Source of the DNA: an uncultured Anaeroplasmatales bacterium
Lineage (GTDB): Bacteria; Bacillota_I; Bacilli_A; Acholeplasmatales; WRBM01
NCBI GenBank assembly: GCA_964478425.1
Contig: CAYZIB010000005.1
Span: 5,297 to 69,296 of the forward strand
DNA length: 64,000 nt
Direction: 5' to 3'
The first letter of the stretch is position 1. Each line of letters starts with the position of its first letter. Below are positions 55,309 through 64,000 of the stretch, one piece after another. The translations under genes were made by a program, and so were the position numbers. A model generated the notes under the pieces. That model did not search any database. It saw only the letters and a list, made by a program, of their open reading frames with translations, and was not told the DNA's origin.

Positions 55309-57489
55309 TTATTCCCTTATTATTTTATATATATCTTTTATTTTTTTAATATTAACAATTAAAACATCTAATTTATTTTTATCAGAAATCAACAATTTAA
55401 ATTTAATAATATCTTCAAAATTATTATTTGTTTTGGCACTTACTTGAGCAATTTGAACATCATGTAAATTAATTTGAGTCATTAATTCATTTAATGTATT
55501 ATCTCTGTGTTTTGCAGTTATTAAAATTTTTACAGGAAATTTTCGATTGATATTTGTAGCCCATTCTGCTTTTAACAATCTAAATTTATCAATATTTTCT
55601 AGATTTTTACAATCTGCTCTATGAACAACAATTCCTGTTCCTTTACTTACAAATCCGATAATTTTATCACCTGGAATTGGATTACAACAATTACCAAGTC
55701 TTAATTGAGGATTTGTTAATCCTTCAATTATTACACCTGTTTGACTATTTGATGTAAGTATTCGATTACTTCTTTCAATTTGTTTTTCTAAAATATCATT
55801 AACGTTTACTTTTGTTCCTAATATTTTATTTATAATTGTTTTAACACTTATTGTATTTTTACCAATTTCAAAATATAAATCATCAATATCCGATATATTA
55901 TTTTTACCGAAATTGTTTTCTAAAAATTCAGTTGTAAAACAAAAATCTTCTATTTTATTTTGTTTTAACTCTTTTTCTAATTCAGTTTTACCTGTTAAAA
56001 TTAATGTTTCTTTATTTTGTTTATTAATAAAAGCTCTTATTTTATGTTTTGCATTTTGAGTTTTTACAATCTTTAACCAATCTTCACTAGGGCCAAATGA
56101 ATTTTTATTAGTTTTAATCGAAACAACATCTCCATTAACAAGTTCATAAGTTAACGGAACTATTTTATTATTAATTATTGCTCCTGTAGTTTTATTTCCT
56201 AAATCTGTATGAATTCTATACGCAAAATCTATTGGTGTAGATCCTTTAGGTAAATCTATAATTTCTCCTTTTGGAGTAAAAACATAAATTGTTTGATCTA
56301 AAATATCACCTTTTATTGTTCCTACAAATTCTTCTGCATCTTTTAATGTATCTTCATCTTTAGTTAGTTCTAATAATTCTCCATACCATTTAAGTTTATG
56401 AGCTATTTCATATTGTTCTTTTTCTTTTGAATAATTTAATCCTTCTTTATATGCCCAGTGAGCTGCAACTCCATTTTCTGCAATTTGATCCATTTCCAAT
56501 GTTCTTATTTGAACTTCAAATATTTCTCCTCCATCACCAACTATTGTTGTATGTAATGATTGATACATATTAGGTTTTGGAACTGCAATATAATCTTTAA
56601 ATCTTTTAGGAATTGGAACATAATGAGCATGAATAATCCCTAAAGCTTGGTAACATGTTTCAACTTTGTCAACTATAACTCTGATTGCAAAAATATCATA
56701 AATATCATCTAATTGTTTATTATATTTAGTCATTTTTTTATAAATACTATAAATATTTTTAACTCTTCCTTTAATTTTAAAATTATTAAAATGATATTCA
56801 CTAAATAAATTAGTTATAGATTCAATCATTTCTTCAACTAAAGAATTTCTTTGACTTTTACGGTTTTTAACGTAATTACTTATTAAATGATAACTATATG
56901 GATCAATATATTTTAACGCTTTATCTTCTAATTCTGCTTTTATTTTATACATCCCAAGCCTATTTGCAATTGGAACATATATATCTAATGTTTCTTTACT
57001 TATTCTTACTTGTTTTTCATATTGCATAACATCAAGTGTTCTAATATTATGTAATCTATCTGCTAATTTAACTAAAATTACTCTTATATCTTTAGCCATA
57101 GCAAGAAGAATTTTTTGATGATTATTAATTTGAGCTATATCAAATGATTGAAATTTAATTTTTTCAATTTTAGTTAATCCTTCAACCATTTCAGAAACAT
57201 CCAAATTAAATTCTTGTTTTATTTCATCTAAACTTGTTTCTGTATCTTCTATAACATCATGTAATAAACCAGCTATAATTGTGTTTGGTCCAGCATTTAT
57301 TTCAGATAAAATAATTGCAACAGATAATGGGTGAATAATATATGGACTACCATCTTTTCTAAATTGTCCATCATGTTTTTTATATGCATAATCAATAGCT
57401 TTATTAATTAATAATAAATCATCTTCGTTATGGATATATAATGAAACTTTTTCTAATAAAGTATCATTTAATTTTTTTAAATCATCCAT
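55309..57489 (-). CDS. relA: bifunctional (p)ppGpp synthetase/hydrolase Rel
   Basis: 726 aa. The HD hydrolase domain has HPLSVA...LLHDVIEDT. The synthetase domain (YRSLHT-like QSLHTT), TGS and C-terminal ACT-like domain are present. Confidence 0.95.
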   Translation of the reverse strand: MDDLKKLNDTLLEKVSLYIHNEDDLLLINKAIDYAYKKHDGQFRKDGSPYIIHPLSVAIILSEINAGPNTIIAGLLHDVIEDTETSLDEIKQEFNLDVSEMVEGLTKIEKIKFQSFDIAQINNHQKILLAMAKDIRVILVKLADRLHNIRTLDVMQYEKQVRISKETLDIYVPIANRLGMYKIKAELEDKALKYIDPYSYHLISNYVKNRKSQRNSLVEEMIESITNLFSEYHFNNFKIKGRVKNIYSIYKKMTKYNKQLDDIYDIFAIRVIVDKVETCYQALGIIHAHYVPIPKRFKDYIAVPKPNMYQSLHTTIVGDGGEIFEVQIRTLEMDQIAENGVAAHWAYKEGLNYSKEKEQYEIAHKLKWYGELLELTKDEDTLKDAEEFVGTIKGDILDQTIYVFTPKGEIIDLPKGSTPIDFAYRIHTDLGNKTTGAIINNKIVPLTYELVNGDVVSIKTNKNSFGPSEDWLKIVKTQNAKHKIRAFINKQNKETLILTGKTELEKELKQNKIEDFCFTTEFLENNFGKNNISDIDDLYFEIGKNTISVKTIINKILGTKVNVNDILEKQIERSNRILTSNSQTGVIIEGLTNPQLRLGNCCNPIPGDKIIGFVSKGTGIVVHRADCKNLENIDKFRLLKAEWATNINRKFPVKILITAKHRDNTLNELMTQINLHDVQIAQVSAKTNNNFEDIIKFKLLISDKNKLDVLIVNIKKIKDIYKIIRE

Positions 57490-57516
57490 CTTACCACCAC
57501 CAAACTTTTTTTAAAA

Positions 57517-58029
57517 TTATAATTCCATTAATGTTAATACATCATAATCTTTTAATAGCTCTCTACCTTTTAATTCTTTTAATTCAGATAAAAATGCAAT
57601 ACCTGCAACAACTCCACCTAATTTTTCAATTAATTTAATTGTCGCAAGAACTGTTCCACCTGTAGCAAGTAAATCATCAATTATAATTACTCTTTGTCCT
57701 TTTTTTATTGAATCTTTATGAATACATAATGTATTAGATCCATATTCTAAATCATATTTTACTTCAACAGTTTCTCTTGGTAATTTACCAGGTTTTCTAA
57801 CAGGTACAAATCCAATATTTAATTCATAAGCAACAGGACATCCAAAAATAAATCCTCTAGCTTCTGGTCCCATTACTACTTCTGCATTTACTTTTTTTGC
57901 AAATTCAATAATTTTATCACACGCATATTTATATGCATTACCATCTTTCATTAAATTTGTAATATCTTTAAATAATATTCCTTCTTTAGGAAAATCAACA
58001 ACATCAACAATATAATCTTTTAAATTCAT
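57517..58029 (-). CDS. apt: adenine phosphoribosyltransferase
   Basis: MNLKDYI...[12 protein letters not shown] and the PRPP motif [13 protein letters not shown] are present. The ATG at 58029 sits 6 nt after GAGGTG. The track's GTG at 58038 lies inside that RBS. Confidence 0.93.
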   Translation of the reverse strand: MNLKDYIVDVVDFPKEGILFKDITNLMKDGNAYKYACDKIIEFAKKVNAEVVMGPEARGFIFGCPVAYELNIGFVPVRKPGKLPRETVEVKYDLEYGSNTLCIHKDSIKKGQRVIIIDDLLATGGTVLATIKLIEKLGGVVAGIAFLSELKELKGRELLKDYDVLTLMEL

Positions 58030-58139
58030 TTTTTTCACCTCATAATATTTAATTATATCATAGTTTTAAAAAAATTATATTATTTATTTTTAAATAATAC
58101 TTTTTTTATATTTATCATATATTTATTTAGGTGATATAC

Positions 58140-59618
58140 TTGTCTAAAAAAAATATGTTATATAGTGTTTATATTGTATTAATACTTGGATTTATTATTA
58201 AATTTATTGCCTTAATTCAAAAAATAATTTTAACTAGATTATTAAATAGTACTGGAATTAGTTTATATACATATATAATGCCTACTTTAGGTTTATTTAT
58301 TTCTATTTCACAGTTTAGTTTAAATTTAGGTATTACAAAATATATTTGTAAAAAAATAATCAAAAAACCATATTCAAATAGATCAGTTATGATTAAATCT
58401 TTTATTTTTTCAAGTATTTTAAGTTTAATTTTAATAATTATATTATTAATATTTAGTAAGTATATAACTAATAATTTATTAAAAAATTTAGACTTATATT
58501 ATCCGCTTATTGCTATTATTCCCCTTATTCCTCTTACAAGTTATACTGGTATTTTAAAAGGTTATTTAAGTGCCTTTAAAAAAATAAAAGAAACTCAATT
58601 TTCTAATTTAGTAGAACAAATTACACATTTCATTTCAATGCTAATATTAATTTATATATTTAAAAATTCACTTATTTTAATGGTTTTTGGAGCTATTTTA
58701 AGTATTTCAATAGGTGAATTTAGTTCTTTATGTTATTTATTATTAATGGTTAAAAAAATTACTAAATTGTTACCTTTAAAAATCAATAAAGAAAAAGAAT
58801 TAATTGATGTATTAACTGTTTCTATTCCAAATACAAATATCAGATTATTAGGAAATTTAACTTATTTTTTAGAACCAATTATTTTTCAAAGAGCTTTAAC
58901 AAGCATTAATTTTAATATTAAAAATATAACTTTACTATATGGATATATAAACGGATATTCAATTCCATTATTATTAATGTCAAGTTTTATAGTATTAACT
59001 ATATCTAATATTTCAATTCCTTATATATCTGAATCAATTAGTAAAAAAAATAATATTAAATTATTTAAAAATATCAATTTAATATTTTATATTACAAGTT
59101 ATTTTGCTTTAATGAGTACAATTTTACTTTTATTTTATTCTTATGATTTTATGAATTTATTATATAAAACAACAAATGGTGCAAAATATGTAGAATATAT
59201 GGCAATTCCTTTTATATTTTATTATTTTGAAAGTCCAATTTCTACTATATTAAATCTTTTAAATAAATCAAATAAGTTATTTATTATTAATTTTTTTATT
59301 AATATTATAAAACTTATTGGAATTTATTTATTATGTAAAATTCCACTTTTGAATGCGCATGGATTAACTATTTCTTTTATATTAAGTATAATTTTTACTA
59401 CTTTATGTTATTATAGTTTATTAAAAAATGAAATTAATTATAAAATTAAATTAAAAACATTTTTTTATTATTTAATTTTCTTTATATTTTTATGTTTTAT
59501 AAAAAAACTTTTAGTGATTTTTAATTTCCATTTTTTAATTGAATCATTAATTTTTATTTTATTAATTAGTTTATTAATGTTTAAATTTTATTTAAAAAAT
59601 AAAGACAAATTTATTTAA
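58140..59618 (+). CDS. MOP-superfamily flippase (SpoVB/MurJ-like polysaccharide biosynthesis protein)
   Basis: About 492 aa with 12-14 TM helices. The N-terminus MSKKNMLYSVYIVLILGFIIKFIALIQKIILTRLL..GISLY parallels B. subtilis SpoVB. TTG at 58140 sits 5 nt after AGGTGA. The alternative is GTG at 58131. Confidence 0.6.
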   Translation: MSKKNMLYSVYIVLILGFIIKFIALIQKIILTRLLNSTGISLYTYIMPTLGLFISISQFSLNLGITKYICKKIIKKPYSNRSVMIKSFIFSSILSLILIIILLIFSKYITNNLLKNLDLYYPLIAIIPLIPLTSYTGILKGYLSAFKKIKETQFSNLVEQITHFISMLILIYIFKNSLILMVFGAILSISIGEFSSLCYLLLMVKKITKLLPLKINKEKELIDVLTVSIPNTNIRLLGNLTYFLEPIIFQRALTSINFNIKNITLLYGYINGYSIPLLLMSSFIVLTISNISIPYISESISKKNNIKLFKNINLIFYITSYFALMSTILLLFYSYDFMNLLYKTTNGAKYVEYMAIPFIFYYFESPISTILNLLNKSNKLFIINFFINIIKLIGIYLLCKIPLLNAHGLTISFILSIIFTTLCYYSLLKNEINYKIKLKTFFYYLIFFIFLCFIKKLLVIFNFHFLIESLIFILLISLLMFKFYLKNKDKFI

Positions 59619-60238
59619 TTAATTATTTTTGGAATGATTAATTTATTATTATCATATGAAGCATAATATATATCATTTATATTTTTATTTTCTAATTTTA
59701 ATAATTCATAAATTTTATCTTCAGTAATATTTAAATATGTTAAATAATCTTTGATTATTTTTCCTGATATTATTACTGGAAACAATATTTTATCTTCTTT
59801 TTTAAATACTGATAAATTACCACTTGTTTCAAGAATAGCTAATTTTATTTCACTAATACAACATACATTTTGATTTCTCATTTGACAGATTAAATCATCT
59901 ATTGTATAAAAACATTTTTTCATATTTTTTAAATTTATTTTACCATCATAAACTAATATAATTGGATTTCCATCTAAAATATTTCTTAATTTTGGAAATT
60001 TTAAATTTAAAAAAGTAACTAATTTTTGAATAATTGTTAAAAAAATTAAAGTAATTATAACATAGAAAAATGGCACACTATTATTTTCAATTCCCATAGC
60101 TCCAATATCAGCAACAATTAATAATAAAATCAAATCAAAAACTTGAAGTTGTCCTACTTCTCTTTTTCCTAATATTCTTACTATAAAAGCTATTAAAAAA
60201 TAAATTATAATAGTTCTTAAAATTATTTCATAAATCAT
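59615..60238 (-). CDS. DUF421 (YetF/YrbG-like) membrane protein
   Basis: 207 aa. ...FIVRILGKREVGQLQVFDLILLLIVADI is the DUF421 N-terminal signature. There is a 4-bp convergent overlap with the flippase gene. Confidence 0.7.
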   Translation of the reverse strand: MIYEIILRTIIIYFLIAFIVRILGKREVGQLQVFDLILLLIVADIGAMGIENNSVPFFYVIITLIFLTIIQKLVTFLNLKFPKLRNILDGNPIILVYDGKINLKNMKKCFYTIDDLICQMRNQNVCCISEIKLAILETSGNLSVFKKEDKILFPVIISGKIIKDYLTYLNITEDKIYELLKLENKNINDIYYASYDNNKLIIPKIIN

Positions 60239-60304
60239 TTTATCACCAATAAATATTTTTTGAATAAATTATATATTTTATACATATTATTTACTGGTGA
60301 TAAA

Positions 60305-60673
60305 ATGAATAAGATTAAACCCGTAAAAATTTATTTTTTATTTTTTTTATGTTTGTTTATAACAAGTTTAATTTATTTAATATTATTAAAAAAAGGAATT
60401 TTTGTTTATAATGATAAAAATTTAATTAAACATACATTTATAATCGGAATCTTAAATTTCTTTATTTTAGGGATATTTGCTGGTAATAATAAGCAAAATA
60501 AAGGATTATTTTTTGGATTTATATATGGTTTTATTTTTTTAATTATTTTAGGATTAATAAATTTTTTAAATAATGATTTATTAACTAAAAATTTTATTGT
60601 AAAATCTATTTTATATTTAATAAGTTCATCAATTGGTGGAATTATTGGAGTAAATATAAAAAAATTTATTTAA
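60305..60673 (+). CDS. small membrane protein (YrzE/TIGR04086-like)
   Basis: About 122 aa with 4 TM helices. LGIFAGNNKQNKGLFFGFIYGFIF resembles the YrzE-family G-rich block. The ATG at 60305 follows GGTGA. Confidence 0.4.
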   Translation: MNKIKPVKIYFLFFLCLFITSLIYLILLKKGIFVYNDKNLIKHTFIIGILNFFILGIFAGNNKQNKGLFFGFIYGFIFLIILGLINFLNNDLLTKNFIVKSILYLISSSIGGIIGVNIKKFI

Positions 60674-60714
60674 TTTTATCATTCTTTTAGTTATAATATT
60701 AATGGTGATTAATA

Positions 60715-61974
60715 ATGAAAAAACCATTAAGTTATATCTTAAGACCAAAAAAATTAGAAGATATTGTTGGTCAAGATGAATTATTAAATAAAGATGGATT
60801 AATATATAAAATGATTAATGAAAAGCAATTATTTTCTTTAATTATAACAGGAAATCCTGGATGTGGTAAAACTAGTATTGCTAAAATAATTGCTGATAAT
60901 TTTAGTGATAAATTTTATTTTTTAAATGCTTCTTGTGAAGGAAAACAAATTTTAAAAGATATTAAAGATGAATTAACTTATAAAGATAATGTTATTTTAA
61001 TTATTGATGAAATTCATCGTATGAAAAAAGATACTCAAGATTTTCTTTTACCTTTTTTAGAAGATGGATCAATAACATTAATAGGTCTTACAACAGAAAA
61101 TCCATATTATTCAATAAATCCAGCTATAAGATCAAGATGTCATATTTTAAAATTAAAAGAATTAACTAATGATGATATCTTAAAAATTCTTTATAATGCT
61201 TTAGAAAGTGATGTTATTGAATATAATGTAAATATTACAAATGAAGCATTAAAATATATAGCTCAAATTTCAAACAATGAAGCAAGAAAAGCATTAAATA
61301 TGCTTGAACTTGTTTTATTTAACTATAAAAATAATGATTTAATAACATTAAATGATGCTAAAAAATTATTACTAAAACCAAACTTACCACTTGATAGTGA
61401 TAAGGAAAATTATTATCAATTATTAAGTGCCCTTCAAAAATCAATTAGAGGGAGCGATGTTAATGCTTCTATTCATTATTTAGCAAGATTAGTTGTTTTA
61501 GGAGATTTAATAAGTATAACAAGAAGACTTATTGTAATAGCTTATGAAGACGTTTCTTTAGGAAACCCCCAGCTATTACCTAGGGTTGTTACTGCTTGTG
61601 ATGCAGCATTAAAAATAGGTTTACCAGAAGCAAGAATAATTTTAGCAAATATTGTGGTTGATATGGCTTTATCTCCAAAATCTAATTCAACATATCTTGC
61701 ACTTGATGAAGCAATTAACGATTTTAATAATGGTATTTATTCTGAAATACCTAAAAATATAATTAATAGTGAAATAAAATTTAATAATGAAACATATTTA
61801 TATCCTCATGATTATAAAGATGATTTTGTTATTCAAAATTATATGCCACATAAAATACTTTATAAAAAATATTATAAACCTAAAACAAATAGTAATTACG
61901 AAACAATTTTAAAAGAACGATACGAAAAAATTGATAAATTACTTGATAAAGCAAAAGAAAATATTAGATCATAA
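60715..61974 (+). CDS. rarA: replication-associated recombination protein A (RarA/MgsA)
   Basis: 419 aa. P.L.RP..L.D.VGQ..L is present. Walker A is GNPGCGKTS and Walker B is IIDEIHR. The MgsA_C region contains YYQLLSALQKSIRGSD. Confidence 0.92.
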   Translation: MKKPLSYILRPKKLEDIVGQDELLNKDGLIYKMINEKQLFSLIITGNPGCGKTSIAKIIADNFSDKFYFLNASCEGKQILKDIKDELTYKDNVILIIDEIHRMKKDTQDFLLPFLEDGSITLIGLTTENPYYSINPAIRSRCHILKLKELTNDDILKILYNALESDVIEYNVNITNEALKYIAQISNNEARKALNMLELVLFNYKNNDLITLNDAKKLLLKPNLPLDSDKENYYQLLSALQKSIRGSDVNASIHYLARLVVLGDLISITRRLIVIAYEDVSLGNPQLLPRVVTACDAALKIGLPEARIILANIVVDMALSPKSNSTYLALDEAINDFNNGIYSEIPKNIINSEIKFNNETYLYPHDYKDDFVIQNYMPHKILYKKYYKPKTNSNYETILKERYEKIDKLLDKAKENIRS

Positions 61975-63669
61975 TTTTTTAATAATTAAGTCATAATCAT
62001 TATCGATTATAAAAGGTATTTGTAATCTTTTTATTTCATCTTTATATTTTAAGATATATTCATGTGTTTCATTTAGATATATGGCATAATCTGAATCTAA
62101 AAATTCAACTGAATTTAAATATGAATCTTGTTTGAAAATTATTTTTGTTGTTAATAATGTTTTTAACATTGAAGGTATTTTAATAATGTTTTTCATTATA
62201 CATAATAAATAAATTCCATATTTTTCACCTACTTGTGAAAAATATATTAATTTATTATAAATATTTTCTTTAATATTTGATTTTTCTATAAATTCAAGTC
62301 CATTAATGATAATAAATATGCGTGGAATGTTTTTTAATTCCTCGCTTTTATTATTTAATTTTGAATATTCTTCTATTTTAAGCATATTAAATATTTCCAT
62401 TCTTTTATCTAAAATATTTGATATTTTTTCTAAATTTAAATTGAATAAACTTATATCATTATCATACGATTTTGTGTTTAATATAAATTTTAGACTTGTA
62501 TATTCTTGATAATTGTCTAATATATATAAATTAATATCTTGATTATATAAAAAATTTGAAATTAAAAAACTCTTTATAAAAGCTATATTTTCTTTATTGT
62601 TTAATAAAATCAAAATATTTTTATTAATATTAAAATCATAATATGAAATTTCTTTTTCTAAATTAATGCCTATAGGAATTAAATTTTTTTCTTTTTTTAA
62701 CCACATATTTTTTAAAGTAATTATTTCTTTAAATTGATTATTTACTTCTACTTCTAAATTATTATTATTCAATTTACAATAAACACTTGTTTCCAATACT
62801 TGATTTAATTTATTTTTAAATATTTCTAAATTAAAATTATGAATTATTATAAAATTATATTTTGTATATAAATATCCTGTAATAAAATCTAATTGTTTAT
62901 ATTCAACATTTAACCCATTTAAAATATTTTTAATCAAAATATTTATTTCATTTGATTTATTAATTTGTAAGTTATAATTAAAACTTGATTCATAATCTGA
63001 TAAATAGCTAATATTTATTTTATGAGTTTTAAAATCTTTTATATTTGATAAATCAATATTTTTAAAATAATCTTTTACTTTAATTAATGATTTATTTAAT
63101 TTTAATTTATCAAATCGGATTTTCTTATAAAATGATTTAATTGAATTATTTGATAAAAATATTAAACTTAAACTTAATAATAAAAGAGTAATTAATATGA
63201 GTCCTATTTCTCCTACTATATAATATATTCCTAAAAAAAGTAAACCCCCTATAATTCCTCCTCCAAATACAAAATCATTAGAATAATTTTTTATGTATGA
63301 ACTATATAAATTAAATAATCCTGATAAAGGATTTTTATTTATGTTTATTAAAAATTTATATACAGAAATATGACTTAAAAGCATTAAACATGTAAATAAT
63401 AAAATAAAGCCTTGAAATGGTAATTTTTTTATATTTAATCCTTTATGAAAAATAAGAAGCTTTATTCCTAAAATTATTAATAAAAATATAAATAACAAAT
63501 ACCATTCTCCAAATAGTATTTTTAAAAAAATTTTAAATCCTAAACCTATACTTCCTAATTCAGTTAATATTACAAGTAAAAAAATTAAAATTAAAACTCC
63601 TGTTATTTCTAAATAAAATTCTTTATTTTTACTTTTTTCATCACTTATTCTTATTTTTTCTTTTACCAT
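61969..63669 (-). CDS. FtsK/SpoIIIE-architecture membrane protein lacking Walker A/B (pseudo-ATPase), no gamma domain
   Basis: 566 aa. The N-terminal FtsK_4TM-like block is ...EITGVLILIFLL.....G..G......LFGEWYLLF. The alpha-domain-like segment is GYLYTKYNF...LEVEVNN. At the motor's Walker A position it reads NILILLNNKENIAF. At the Walker B position it reads PRIFIIINGLEFI. Confidence 0.55.
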   Translation of the reverse strand: MVKEKIRISDEKSKNKEFYLEITGVLILIFLLVILTELGSIGLGFKIFLKILFGEWYLLFIFLLIILGIKLLIFHKGLNIKKLPFQGFILLFTCLMLLSHISVYKFLININKNPLSGLFNLYSSYIKNYSNDFVFGGGIIGGLLFLGIYYIVGEIGLILITLLLLSLSLIFLSNNSIKSFYKKIRFDKLKLNKSLIKVKDYFKNIDLSNIKDFKTHKINISYLSDYESSFNYNLQINKSNEINILIKNILNGLNVEYKQLDFITGYLYTKYNFIIIHNFNLEIFKNKLNQVLETSVYCKLNNNNLEVEVNNQFKEIITLKNMWLKKEKNLIPIGINLEKEISYYDFNINKNILILLNNKENIAFIKSFLISNFLYNQDINLYILDNYQEYTSLKFILNTKSYDNDISLFNLNLEKISNILDKRMEIFNMLKIEEYSKLNNKSEELKNIPRIFIIINGLEFIEKSNIKENIYNKLIYFSQVGEKYGIYLLCIMKNIIKIPSMLKTLLTTKIIFKQDSYLNSVEFLDSDYAIYLNETHEYILKYKDEIKRLQIPFIIDNDYDLIIKKL

Positions 63670-63841
63670 ATATTTTCACCAAATATATTATAGATATATA
63701 AATTATAAAAAAATGTCATAATTTATTAATTATTAAAGTTAATATAAAAAAATCCCTTTAGTTTAAACCTAAAAGGAGTTTTTTAATATTATAATTCATT
63801 AAAAAATTATAAGAGATAATGCTAAATAACATATTTTATAT

Positions 63842-64000
63842 TTAATTTTTTTCACTAGCAATTATAACAGGAATTATAAATGGATTTTTCTTTGTTTCTT
63901 TAAATAGATATTTAGATACTTCTTGTTTTAATTCTTGTTTATAATCATTCCATACAATATATTTTAATTTAAAATATTTATCAGTTATTTTATTAAATAT
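63842..64000 (-). CDS. 3' end of an unidentified CDS (5' part outside window)
   Basis: The frame is open from the window edge and reads ...IFNKITDKYFKLKYIVWNDYKQELKQEVSKYLFKETKKNPFIIPVIIASEKN*. The stop TAA is at 63844-63842. A weak hairpin with a T-run lies downstream at about 63750-63785. Confidence 0.4.
   Translation of the reverse strand: MFNKITDKYFKLKYIVWNDYKQELKQEVSKYLFKETKKNPFIIPVIIASEKN

Overview
All calls come from reading the sequence and the ORF translations. No searches, folding or GC calculation were run.

The window is a 64-kb chromosomal segment from a visibly very AT-rich, low-GC Bacillota-type genome. It uses the standard genetic code, since TGA, TAA and TAG all act as stops. 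Gene order is strongly Bacillus-like:
- truB-ribF-(yaaQ-like)-rpsO-pnp
- rnpB and lepA
- a MarR plus MacB-type ABC pair
- a five-gene opp operon
- hemW-xerD-deoB
- parE-parC divergent from plsY, with yneF nearby
- a small ferredoxin and cotJ genes
- rsmD-coaD
- infC-rpmI-rplT behind an L20 leader
- pgcA-coaX-ECF S component
- ydbS-ydbT
- gpmI and eno
- mrp, then thrS behind a Thr T-box
- apt-rel-dtd
- a spoVB/murJ-like flippase, DUF421, a yrzE-like gene, rarA and an FtsK-like gene

I found no tRNA, rRNA, CRISPR array, IS element or prophage.

The only clearly accessory stretch is about 39.2-43.2 kb, between the infC operon and pgcA. It holds a tightly overlapping four-gene cassette of unknown function: a secreted protein, a membrane-anchored protein, a short degenerate ABC ATPase and a permease. 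It also holds a monocistronic NADAR gene with no canonical start, long non-coding spacers, recurrent TAGTTTT-N-AAAACTA palindromes and a 20-bp inverted repeat. This is my best candidate for an undescribed system, but I cannot assign it a function.

Other items worth a second look:
- a three-hairpin C-rich candidate sRNA, or ylbH-type leader, next to rsmD
- a structured 5' leader closed by a 10-bp helix upstream of a membrane protein
- L20 carrying a C-terminal Rho_N/HeH-like extension
- infC starting at ATA
- an FtsK/SpoIIIE-architecture protein with no Walker A or Walker B
- a Fic-architecture protein with no HPFx[D/E]GNGR motif
- very large insertions in OppA, OppC, OppD and OppF
- a CotJA-CotJB fusion
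- a 33-bp GTTAAC palindrome array over the MarR promoter and RBS
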